NCBI GenBank assembly: GCA_024704765.1
Contig: JAKMXF010000055.1
Coordinates: forward strand, 653,222 to 717,221
Source: Oopsacas minuta
Taxonomy: Eukaryota; Animalia; Porifera
Direction: 5' to 3'
DNA length: 64,000 bases
The number at the start of each line of letters is the position of its first letter. Position 1 is the first letter of the stretch. The notes under the pieces are model-generated. The model saw nothing but the letters and a program-made list of their open reading frames with translations. It did not search any database and had not been told where the DNA came from. This document shows, piece after piece, positions 12,616-24,373 of the stretch. The position numbers were made by a program, and so were the translations under genes.

Positions 12616-14742
12616 CAGGGGTGTTCAATCTGTTGATCGCGACCCAAACGTGGCTCACGAGTATGTTCATCGTCGCTCTCGACATCCGTCAATCCACTGT
12701 CCATATATTTTAAGATTATATTGCTTTGATTTCTCTGTGTATACAGTTGCATTGTTAAATTTGTTAGAATTGCATTTGTTTGATTTCATTTAAGCTCTAT
12801 TCAGTACTGTGATATATAAATTGAAATATAATCTTAACACCACCACAGCATTATATTAAATTGATCAATCTTGTATTTGCCAAGCTAGCGACATTCTAAA
12901 TCAAAGATGTTTAAATTTTTTACTGAGTTGCATGACGTTACATCCGTCCATAAGCTTAAGATATCTAAAGGAAATATACTCTTCCATGTTAATTGGGAGC
13001 TCGAATTTTTATTTGTTGAAGACAGAGAGAAAAACATATGCCTGATTTTGCCGTGATATCGTTGCTTCCAATAAGAGAGGAAATCTGGAGAGGTATTATA
13101 ATACTAAACAAGGAGAAGATTTCGCTAGTATTGTTGAGGAAGCTCGTCAGATTACCTTGATCAAATGAACAAAGGTTTGACCACGGAACAGTCAATCTTC
13201 AAGAAAGTGGATACATCTCGAAAGTCAGTAACAGCAGCAAGGTATTTCATTAGTAATATTATTGCAAAGCGAATGAAACCATTTACAGATGGTGAGTATA
13301 TCAAAGAGTGCCTAACTGTGTTTATGGATAAATGCTGTCCAGACAAGAAAGATCTTGTACAGCAGCTGAGTCTAAGTAATACAACCGTAATGCGACGTAT
13401 AGAATCAACTTCAAATGATATTAATGAAAAACCTTTAGAAAGTGTTCGGGAATTCACTTCTTTCAGCATCGCAATAGATAAAAGCAAGACATTGCTGATG
13501 TGGAACAATTGGTCATCTGGATTAGGGGAGTTGAGAATAATTTCAAAATAACTGAGGAAATGTTATCACTCAGTCCTATGTATGGAAAAGCCCGTGGTAT
13601 TAATATTTTTGATGAAGTACAGAAGGTCTTATCAAAAGCTTCTGTACCGATCACGAAACTGTCTGGAGTTGCAACAAACGGAATGCCGTCCATGTTTATA
13701 AAACTTATTGTTAATATTGTGAATTTTATTAGAGCTAAGGAAATCAACTATAGAGAATTCAAACCTGTATTAAAAGAGCTAGATTCAGAGTACGGTGATG
13801 TACTCAATTTCACAGTTGTTCGGTGGCTTAGTAGAGGAGCAGTTCTTAAGAGAGTGTAGATTTCACGCGATGAGATATCGTGCTTTATGGAGGAAAAGGG
13901 GAATAAGGTTCCTGAAATTCAAAATCTAGCTTGCCTAAGGGGTTTGCATTTTTGGTGGATATCACAACTCATCTAAACAGTGTAAATTCTGCTCTTCAAG
14001 GTAAAATGAAGCTTATTCATGAACCATTTGGCACTATGTGTGCTTGTGAGGCGAAGCTTAGTCTATTTGAGGCGCAGCTCTCAAAAAACAGCTTCTCACA
14101 CTTTTCGGAGCTTGGATCTATGGAAATCCTGACTGAAAAAGATATGTAGGGATAGTTTCACACCAGATAGAAGAATTCAAAACTCGATTGCTGATTTTAG
14201 AAGGGAGGAACAGAAATTATGCTCTTCACTCAGCTTTTCGGTTTTGATGTCCAGTATGTTTCGGATGAAATTCAGCTGGAGCTTCTGGATCAAAAAGCAA
14301 ATATTAATTTGAAGGAAAATTTTAGAGAGGTAAAAGTAGATGAGATATCCAAGAATCTCACTATTTTAGACTTCTACAAAGTCCTACCAACTGATATATA
14401 TTCATTTATTCTTGAAACCGCAAGGAGAATGGCAACCTTATTTGGGAGTACTTATACTTGTGAAGCCCCCTTCCCCAAAATGAAGTATACTAAGAATATG
14501 TATCGGTCAAATATGACGGATGAACATCTACATATGTATTCATTACGCATCAACAGAAATATCACCTTGTATGGATACGCTTTTACATGACACGAAACAA
14601 TTTCACGCATCACATTAATGTATGTATTTCAATTGGTGTTATGGCTAAACAATTATATCAATTCTTTCGAAATTCCGTATGGCTCGGGATTACGATCAAA
14701 AGTTATAAAGTGGCTCTCAAAGTAAAAGTTTGAAGACCCCTG
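12616..14742 (+). mobile_element. Buster/SPIN-type hAT transposon, 2127 bp
   Basis: Perfect 8-bp TSD GTCTAATG (12608-12615 and 14743-14750) with the central TA typical of the Buster group. TIRs CAGGGGTGTTCAATCT / CAGGGGTCTTCAAACT. Confidence 0.95.
12960..14618 (+). pseudogene. GTF2IRD2/SPIN-like hAT transposase, multiply disrupted and internally deleted
   Basis: Fragments ICLICRDIVASNKRGNLERYY (BED-like finger), AKRMKPFTDGEYIKECL, FSIAIDKS, VATNGMPSM, EYGDVLNFTVVRWLSRG and LFGSTYTCEAPF, ending in SH-stop. The HCxxHQE block is missing at ~13697. Confidence 0.9.
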
Positions 14743-15738
14743 GTCTAATGATGTCAAATAGCCCTATTTTGAGGTTGAGTGACAAGGAAGTTGGAGTTTC
14801 GCTTGATGTACACTGGAGTTATCAACACGAGAATTGCAATATTCGCATACTAGGATCATCATTTCATTTCACAAGTGTATACTTTGTTCCTACTGTTGCC
14901 TACTTAGCAAATTTGGGTATTAGCAACAGAAATTCATGCAAAATATCAATTGGAAACATCCGCTCTCCACCAAATAATAGATGAATCATGAAATAGATCA
15001 CGTAGAGTGAGTCCACTTATTAACAAGTAGCTAAATAGCAATGAAATTACAGTGGAGCCGGATGCGGGACAACTGAGGGGCCGTGGCCGCACAACTTTAT
15101 ATTCCTATACAAACATGGGCCAACTTTCTATGCGCTCCCCACTACCTTGTATTAATCTGCTTGCTAATATGCGGACTTAGCATATTTTTGCAACATATTT
15201 ACAGTTCAAAAGTGTAGATATTTTAGAATTGTCTGGCCCTAGTAGCATCTTTGAATATACACAACAGAAATTTGTCCATAATACGAGGAGTACAAATACA
15301 AGTCCACCAATGTTAAAGGAAATATTTACTTAAGATAATGATAAAAATACTTACATTAGACAACATTACCTACCTATAATATTTTAAACTACCTGTACAG
15401 TCAACTAATTTTCAATTAATATTGAATCTATACTAAGTTAAACCAATGTGTAAGCATAGATAACTAAAACAATTTGTTACATTGGTATCAGAGATATTAC
15501 AAGCGAGCTTCGCTTGCAAGGTCACTGCGGGACAGCATAGTGCCTCCGTTAAGCTTAAATATTGAACAATTAAATATCCTGATGATTTGTGTCGTTCCCA
15601 AACTCGATAGTATTACTCGGCACTATGTGACATCGAATTTACAGAAAAGTTAAGATGCAAATTTTATCATCCATGCTCAATCTAAATTACATCCAATTGC
15701 CTTATGTGGTTCCAATGTAGATGCCATGTTGCTTTTGG

Positions 15739-16120
15739 CTAGTTATCTGGGGGGCACTTCGAGTCTCAAATAATATGAAAGTATCAAAATATAAAAATTT
15801 GGATAATTTGAATATTTTGTACAGTTATGATGACGTTAAATTCCATGCTGATTTTGTTTTTTGCGAGATTCATGACGGCAGGATATCTGTCACATTGAGG
15901 CGTACTTGTGGTTCAAATTTCAAACTTCAATAATGTATTTTGGATCTGCAGTGGTAAATATTGTGAATTTCCGTCAAGACTCGAAATAACCCAAGCCCGC
16001 AAAATCCCCTTGCATGTCAAGAATCAGCACTGGGGGTCCTCCAGTTTCTTAAATCAATTTCAAACATACATACATATAAACATACACATACAGATTAATT
16101 GCGTATTTATAGTATAGATT
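15739..16120 (+). mobile_element. Microsatellite-containing non-autonomous element (Helentron/HINE-like), copy 1
   Basis: Begins CTAGTTATCTGGGGGGCAC, has a GGGGGTCCTCCAGTTTCTTAAATCAATT block and an (ACAT)n tract, and ends TTTATAGTATAGATT. Homologous to 16434-16902 and 34125-34575. Family assignment is inferred from architecture only. Confidence 0.5.
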
Positions 16121-16433
16121 GTTGAGCATGAAGTCATCATTTAATTGGCAATATTGTCATACTCGAACTGTTTAAGGGTTGTGAGTTCTGCGCTTTGGTT
16201 GGTTGTCGTTGTTTAATGTGATAAACCAATTCACATACAAATTGAAAATACATTAATTCGTATTCCTACATTGGTAATTTTTTAGTGCTATAGGTCGCTA
16301 CACAACAGAAGATAATCGATAGTACATGCGTCAAGTTTTGGAATTGATGAAAATTTAAGATTATATTATCCATGGTCTATCCAAAATACATTCGATGGCA
16401 TTCTGTAGTGACACAGGAGATACGATGTAGCTT

Positions 16434-16902
16434 GTAGTTAGGTATCTCGGCACTTCGTGAGTCGGGCGTTATGAAATCCTGAAATATTTCAAAATTTTGG
16501 AAAATCTTCATTTTTGTACAGTCATGATGAGATAATAATCTAATGATGAATTAGATTGTGGTAGGATCGTGAAGTCAAGACATTTATCACCTTGAGGGGT
16601 ACTAATGATTGAAATTTCAAACTTCTATCATTTATATTGCCCCAGCAGTGGTTAATAATGTGACTTTCCAAAAATCCAATAGGAAACAATGACGTCATAA
16701 TTTCGTTATTGTTGTGAATTGACCCAAGACTCGAATTTGTCCGAGCAAGGCCCATATTATCCTGGGGGCCAAAATAAGCCCTGGGGGACTTCCAGTTTGT
16801 TCAATCAATTCTGGGCAAATGAACATACATATGTATAAATATATATATATATATACATAAACAAATACATACTTAGATGAGTCATGGTTTATTTATCTAG
16901 AT
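16434..16902 (+). mobile_element. Same microsatellite-containing family, copy 2
   Basis: Shares TCGGCACTT, TTTGTACAGTCATGATGA and CCAGTTT.TT.AATCAATTCTG blocks and a (TA)n tract with the other copies. Confidence 0.5.
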
Positions 16903-17270
16903 GGTCATGTCATTAATGAAATATCTTGATTATTTCCGATGTTCGATACCGGATAATACATATCGATACGATGTCAATAACGATTAAGATGAAATCATGA
17001 CAATGCCAATATATACAGTATGTTAGGAAATTATTGGAACTTTACATGATTAACTTTAATCACCATGAAGGATATCAGGTTATGCGCATATTATACAACC
17101 ATTTACCTTACTGTATATATACACTTCCTATAATTGTTAGAAAACCAATAGATTCGCTATTTCACATAATATTTCGTTTGTTTGGCTGAAATATTGTGAT
17201 TCCCAAGCAAATATACCTATATATATTTCGAGACCCCATTTCCGTCATCTAAGACCGCACATTTTGTACA

Positions 17271-18251
17271 ATGTGCAAGCACTCCACCCAACAACAGCGT
17301 AGAAATCAAATAGAGATACTATACAATGCAGGAATTACCAAAGTAGTGGATATCTGCCAGCGAACAAGTATACCTAAGCAGACTGTATATCATGTCTTCA
17401 ATCTGATAAAAGATAAAAAAAAGCCTTCAGCACAAAAGGGGTGCTGGTCGGCCTTCAAAAATCAAGGCAAATGACAAAAGGAGGATAGTTGCTTTGTATC
17501 AAAGCAATCCGAGAACCTCTCTACGCTCTATACTACCAAGATTGAGCTCTCCTGTATCCATAAGTATTCTTTATGCTCAGATAAAGAGGCAAAACTTTGT
17601 TAGCAAGCGGGCTGTCCGAGTTCCAGCACTCACCGACCTCCATGTTTCCAAAAGAATCGCCTGGTGTAAAGAAATGAAGAGTTTTGATTGGAGTAAGCCT
17701 TCTTTACTGATGAATCTTCAGTTTGGCTTGACTCTAGAAGAGTCAACCTGTGGATTAAAAAGGGACAAACGGTTCATCTGCCAACCTTCAGGCATCCATC
17801 TAAAGTTCATCTTTGGGGTGGAATTTCGATAATGGGGACTACACATCTGAGGATTTTCACAGAAAATTTCAATCAGGTGGTGTATATTTCCACTCTTCGC
17901 GAGTGTTTTATTGAGGATGCTAACGCAAAATACGGAGATAGCTGGGTTTTACAGGAGGATCACAGTCCTGTGCACACTAGAAGAGCAGCTAAGGGGTGGA
18001 AGACGGAGTTCGTCCCCCTTAGAATTGATTGGCCGCCAAATAGTCCAGATCTAGCGCCCATTGAGAACCTGTGGGCAGTTTTGAAAAGGAGGTTGATTGT
18101 ACTTCATCCTAAAACTGTAAGCCAACTAAAACAGGAAATTCAGGACATATGGGCAACATTTGATCCAGACTTTCTCCGTCCCTTTTGCACTTCAATGCCC
18201 AAAAGAATTAGATTGTGTTTAGACAATGCTGGGAAAAAAATTAATTATTGA
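17271..18251 (+). pseudogene. Tc1 transposase (DD34E) with the same two frameshifts as copy A
   Basis: The 67-, 112- and 139-aa ORFs are identical to those of copy A except one T/I substitution. Confidence 0.95.
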
Positions 18252-18287
18252 TAGAATGTGATGATAATGCTGGTATTTCTTCATCTA

Positions 18288-19634
18288 CAGGGTGTTAAGA
18301 AATTGATGCCCTCCCTATCTCTCGAGATCTAATGCTACCATAGTATTTTTACATTGTTAAATATCTAGCTTTTCACTTGATTTGTACTTTAATATACCAG
18401 GGGTTATATTTAGTAGGTAGCTTTTCCTAGTTCATTAACTTTTTGTGCATATTTTGACCCAATCTTCTATTGTCTTCACAATTAGTTAATACCATGGTCA
18501 AAGAAGCTAGTCTAGCAGTGCGTAATCAAGCAATAGGCATGTTAAAAGCCGGGCAGACGCAGAAAAGTATCGCAATACATTTTGGTACAAATGTACGTAC
18601 CGTTCGTCGGTGGTGGTTGAGGGCATATTGTGGAAACAGCCTCGAGAATAGGCAAGGCCGAGGAAGAAAACCGGCGATAGGAAAAGTACCGAAAATAGTT
18701 ATTGCTAAAACATTAGGGAAAAAGATGAAATCAACTCGCAAAATATCCCAGCTCTTAAAGTCTAAGGGTTTTCAACTTTCCCATGTAACTGTGCATACAT
18801 ATTTGCGGAAAAATCTAGGTGTAAAGCCGAATAAGCCACAGTTACAGCCCAAATTGACCAAAAACAGAAATTCGCTCGATTAACCTTCTGTTTGCCACGA
18901 AAAAATTGGGCAATTAATGATTGGCGCAATGTACTTTTCTCTGATGAATCTCCATTTGAGTTGTACCATTCACCGAATCGGCAGAACGACAGAGTTTGGT
19001 TAGCAGACAGAGAAAAAGTTGTACCTACGGAAAAAGTGAAGTTTCCTGGAAAATTGCAGGTTTGGGGCATGATGTCCTATAATGGCCTATCAAACCTTCA
19101 CATAACCCCTAGTGGGCAGACAGTAACAACAATATACTATCTAGAAGAGGTTCTGAAGAAGACGATGACGTCTGCAATGCATCGAGATAGAGATACAGGT
19201 GCAGTAACTGAGAGGAAATTATTGTCGGACATGTCGGCTGCCATTTTTCAACACGATGGTGCCCCGGCACACACGTCCAAAAAACACAGGAATGGCTAGG
19301 AGAGAACTTTCAAAACTTCTGGCCCAAAGGTATTTGGCCTGCCAACTCCCCTGACCTGAGTCCTATGGAGAATCTATGGTCAATAATCCAAACCGCCATC
19401 AATTCTTTTCAGCCGGCAACAAATCTAAAAACGCTCGAAAAACAACTAATTTCAGCTTGGAGACATATTTCACCTGAAGTTTTGGACAAATTGATAGCCA
19501 GTATGCCAGATCGGATAAGTAAATGTATACAACTAAAGGGTGGATATATTGGGAAATAAATGTATGTGTTTAGAGATTATTTATAGACTAATCATTGAGT
19601 TAGTATTAGAGGGCATCAATTTCTTAACACCCTG
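18288..19634 (+). mobile_element. Tc1/mariner-superfamily element with a DD37E transposase, 1347 bp, nested in Tc1 copy B
   Basis: Perfect 26-bp TIRs CAGGGTGTTAAGAAATTGATGCCCTC. TA duplicated at 18286-18287 and 19635-19636. The empty site is present in copy A. Confidence 0.95.
18494..19559 (+). pseudogene. DD37E transposase, two frameshifts
   Basis: LFSDES (D1), RQNDRVW and FQHDGAPAH (D2). Adding one A at ~19280 gives TSKKTQEWLGENFQNFWPKGIWPANSPDLSPME, i.e. 37 residues between D2 and E. Confidence 0.9.
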
Positions 19635-21714
19635 TATATGTATTTAACTTAGTGTTAAAACGAGAAATCTCTATGAGTCATGAATTCATAGTGTAATATA
19701 TTGATAATCAGTCCTAATAATTTCCGAACACACTGTAGTTAATAGTAAAGTAACATGTGCATTTGTCAGTATATATACAAAGAAAGCAATCAAAACACGT
19801 CATTTCGATTTGGAAATATGTTATGTAGATTCATTATCTGTAATGTATAGATATCAAAACATATATAGTCGGGGCTAAGTGTATTATTGAATATTGTCGC
19901 TACTTATAGATCCCTATATGGAGTATATAGAAATGTTTGAAGACAAAATAATCTGATTTACTATAAACATTTCAAGTATGACATTATTAACAATAAAATC
20001 CCCATACATAACTTCCTATCGAACAATAAAACATTGGCCCCAGCTATACCTCTTCATGGAGGACGTTTTCAATTATAGAACAGAAACTAATATTTCATTT
20101 AATCGCTAGATCAAAACTGATGACTACACAAGTATTGTCAAACGAATTCAACTATTGTAAGTAATTCTCTAAATTAGGCAATAAAATGTAAAATCCTATA
20201 ATGTAGTTTCCAATTATACGTAGTTGATTAATGAATAATCTTTTATATAGCAATTAGTAATAAAAATTGAGGAATTTTAGCGCATAACAAACTGTAGAAA
20301 TTTGTACATAGAAAATTCTAAAATTTCTTTTAGATGTTCAAGTATAATTATGATGAATTTGATCAGAGTTAACAGAATTTTTCAACCAATTGTGATGTTG
20401 TATTCTCTAGATATTAAAGTTATTTGATTCGATTTCAAGATTGCCTTCATGATCATTAATAATATTAGCTATGTTTCTACTTCTAATGATATACGAGATA
20501 TATACCAATCAAGATTGTAATTGTACTTTACTATACAATCAACAATTCGTTGGGGTTAATAGAGATATTAAGTTCAGGTTTCGAAATGTGTTCTGAACAA
20601 ATTACCCAAACTGCACTGGGAATACTTTCAAATCGATGTAAATATTATTAAATAGCTATCAAAAACCATTATAATTTGGTCATATTCTAGAATTTGGATG
20701 TTCACTTGCCATGCTGCATATCTCTCCATTCGTAGAATGCTACATTAAATGAATTAAAGGATTAGTTGAAGTTCAAAAAAGGAATGTAATCCAAGGGATC
20801 TAATAATTTTGAGAAAGAATTTGCTTCGAAAGTACTGTTTCAAAACTCAGATCGATATATATTGCACTTACGAAGTGAACGACAATCATTTCATAATTGC
20901 AATATATACCAATCTGAGTATTGGATTAGTGCAAGCACTATGTTCAACATTGTGTAACAAAATTTTGGAAATATATGATAAACCTACAAATATATTCCTA
21001 TAGGGGATATCGCCTATTCTGAATAAAAAAATAACACAAGGTTTTCTCCATCACGTGTGGATTTATGGAAATAGACACCATTTATCTCTACATTTTGGAT
21101 TCGTTTCTCAGAGTTAATCATAGAGCTGAGGTAATGAATACATATTATGTAAATACACACTTAATGACAATTCTTTAGTTTATTATAAGTTATAAGCTTC
21201 ATTTATGTAATATTATCAAATTGATTGGTAATAGGGTAATCAAAAGCATCGAATTTTAATGGTTTTCCTGTGGTGACGCCGCACAGGAATATCAATTTAC
21301 CAACCTTAAATTGTTCCAATTTTTATAACAGGATACTCATCTATCCCCCACCTAATGGTTGTTATGTATGGGTCCTGAAGAAAAATACTTGATTAGTGAA
21401 GTATTATCAGATATATTACCAGATATATGTTACATCGCCACATAACTACCGCAGTATAATTACAATAATCGAATATTGGCTTGCTATCTATGCATATATG
21501 AGCTATGAAACCAAAGATCCCATTGGAAACGAACAATGAAGATATCTAGCCCCTTCGAAAATGATACTTGAATATCACCTAGATATATTGCGATAGAATA
21601 AATTTTCGCAAGTATTTGAAGTCATATAAATCATAGCTCACTATTCACTATAATCATAAAATATTCATGTCTAGGTTATAGGTGACATGAACTCTAGTTT
21701 TCAAGGGGATTAAT

Positions 21715-22830
21715 ATGAGGATCAATTCGAAAGTTTCAGACATTTACACTCGTCATCTAGCAACTGGTATGAAATTTCAGTCTAACAGTAATTGCTTTGT
21801 TCAGTAACAAATGGTCGAATTTCAAGTGACAACACAATAATTATTCAAAATATATGGTCATCCACACCTTGATAATCAACATTATTGTAATTTTGATGGC
21901 ACGAGTAGATTGATTATTGGCTATGATGTATTGCGATTCTTTGAGAGATTTCAGTGATTCACAGTAACTAAATCAACTGAATTCTGTTTTTGGAGATCAA
22001 GATTCACCCATGGAACAGTTTTCAAATCGTTTGCTGAGTTTGGGAGAAGAAGAACATTATTGCCCCATAAAGAGCGCCTTAGACGTCCAGCGAATCCGGT
22101 AAACCCCGATAACTTCGCCAAAGGTGAAGAGAATTAGTAAGTTAGATCAATAGGTCAGCTATGAAGGGCTAATAGAAGAACCCAAGATGGGAAGAAATGC
22201 CATTACAACCGTACTTCATGATATCGAAGTGTCAGGAAAGTATAAGCCCGTTGGATCACTCATAGGCTTTTAAGAGTGGGATGGTGCAAGCATATATTCC
22301 CCAAATTTTGATCAGAAGAGTCGAAACCTGAAAGTAAGATCGTTACAGATGATGGGAGTCGGATTTACAAATATGATGCTGTAAGAAAGCAATATTCTAC
22401 ATTTTGGTTGTTTCTTGATGAGGTTCCACTCCAGAGCAAAGCAGAAGAGAGTGTTGGAAAGCAAATGGTAGCTAATTTTGTATAAAGAATTGGTTATATC
22501 CCTAGCAACACTTTACAAAACAGAAGACAGTTACGGCGGGAAGGTATATTGATGTATGGTATAGCACAGGTCTTGCAAAAGTTGATTACATCCAAGATCG
22601 AAGACATGGAACTTCTTTTGACTTCATGACAATGCAAGTTAACACAAATCCATCGCAACGCGACGCGCTGATGCAATGGGAAAGTGATTAAAATGTTATT
22701 CTGGCGGATGAAAATTTGAATAGAATGTGAAGTTGAGCACTTTGAATAATGTGAAAATCATAGTTAATTTTGGAAACTTAAGTGCTTGAGTCAAAATTTC
22801 TATCTAACTCTCCTATTTGTCTAGTATGTT
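21715..22830 (+). mobile_element. Degraded mariner (DD34D-type) relic; boundaries approximate
   Basis: Translated fragments: AMMYCDSL...LNSVFGD, TVFKSFAEFGRRR...ERLRRP, ARWITHRL (WVPHxL), IVTDDGSRIYKYD (22339-22377), SVGKQMV and LHDNAS (22622), ending HFE-stop. Confidence 0.7.
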
Positions 22831-24192
22831 ACATATTTAGGTTTCTAACTATTACACACATATTGCAAACAAATATTCGATCATTGTAGTCTTAGTGACC
22901 TCATGCTGCGATGACGTGGAATATATTTAGCAATATATGTAAAATACAAAATTAGTGGGTTTCTTCATGACGTATGCAAACCTACCATTAGAAGCTGTAG
23001 AATAGATATATAGCCTGTTAGAAATTTACAATAATATAGGTTGGGGAATCTATGGTGAGGTTAGGCGTCAACTGACTTGAGATACCATTTTGAATTGAAG
23101 AATATTCAAATATGTGAATTACGATTTCAATACATCACAACTCACTTTAGGATAAGAATGCTTAACCTATAATCTTGGTTTCACATAACTATGAAATGAA
23201 ACTTTCTCAAGAATTACAGAACTTCTTAAACTGGCCATCAATACCGGCGGCAACTATGTATTTTAATGAGGTTTCACGCTATTTCTATTACAAAATTTTA
23301 TATGTATATACCTGTCACTTAGTAGTGTCACCTATCTTATACGGGATTTGAAAATTATGAAAAAGAAAGTCCATGCATTTTTTGTGGATATGCTCGCATG
23401 GGCATGATTTAGACCAGACGTAATGGTCACCATAAATATCCAGTGAAATAATTCATGAATAGGTACAGACATAACTATCTATGCATTCTATACAATACCC
23501 CAGCAATAACGAAAGTTGGAAAGTAAGCTATGGGGTTTGGAGTGATTCCACACTTCTATGACGAAGTTGAAGAGGAATAGAAACAACAATATTTCAATAA
23601 TAGACCACTTTTAAACCCACGCACCATCGATTCCAGCAGGAAGAAAGGAAATTATTTCATGAATCAGAATAATACTTAATAAATAATTGGCCCCCTTGCC
23701 AAGACCAATATAAGATAATCTATACATATCTTTTATAGCTTCTATACTTAAAATCTCTATATCAAGACGATCTATATTCCATAATCTCCAGTCATTTCGA
23801 CCATCCTTAAGAATCCAAGAAAGCGGTTGAATCACGATTTGGTAGAGTGGTATATGACATAAATATCGAGAGAATACTATGGAGCTGTATCTGGAATATT
23901 GTCTGAGATATTGTAGATATGCTTGGGCGAACCATCAAAAGGGGTGAAAACAGACTCCCAATTATGTACTTGGGTCAAAATATGTTAAAATTCCGATTTT
24001 GCATAGAGTTGCAAATTACGACTACAATATGTTGGACTAACTTCAAAGCCCTATATCACATTTCGCTTGATAAATTCAGATCAAGTCCAATATTCCTCCT
24101 CTCGCTTTGAACAATGGATTTGTCTATTAGTGCCTATATTTGTAAGATTACATTATCAGTGAACACAATATTGATGGATTTCCATAATACTA

Positions 24193-24373
24193 CAGTAGAG
24201 TCTTGTTAATTCATACAACAGGGGAGTGCGAAAATTCGTACACTTTATCCGGAGTACGTATTTACTAACTAATTTGCATTGAAAAGGCATTGAAGGGGAC
24301 TGAAACAGTTCACAAATTTGTACTCCTAATCCGGAGTTAAGTATTAACAGTGTTCATATTAAAAGGCCCTGTT
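24193..24373. mobile_element. pogo-type MITE whose right end appears split by the RAG1-like element
   Basis: TA + CAGTAGAGTCTTGTTAAT left end and internal ATCCGGAGT repeats. The right end is only approximately recovered when 24373 is joined to 27346 (ATTAAAAGGCCCTGTT-GATG-TA). Confidence 0.45.

Larger units (their letters stand above)
17016..19735 (+). mobile_element. Tc1-family transposon, copy B (inverted twin of 9353-10724), interrupted by a nested insertion
   Basis: Same 5' TIR as copy A. TA flanks at 17014-17015 and 19736-19737. The copy A sequence resumes at 19637 after the nested element. Confidence 0.95.

Noticed and set aside
17412-17424. Programmed -1 frameshift at A AAA AAG, as in some IS630 elements
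   Set aside because: The shift needed here is +1, and the second lesion (~17697) has no slippery site.
22320-22380. KPESKIVTD read as a Merlin/ISXO2 motif
   Set aside because: The flanking ARWITHRL, IYKYD, SVGKQM and HDNA fragments fit mariner much better.
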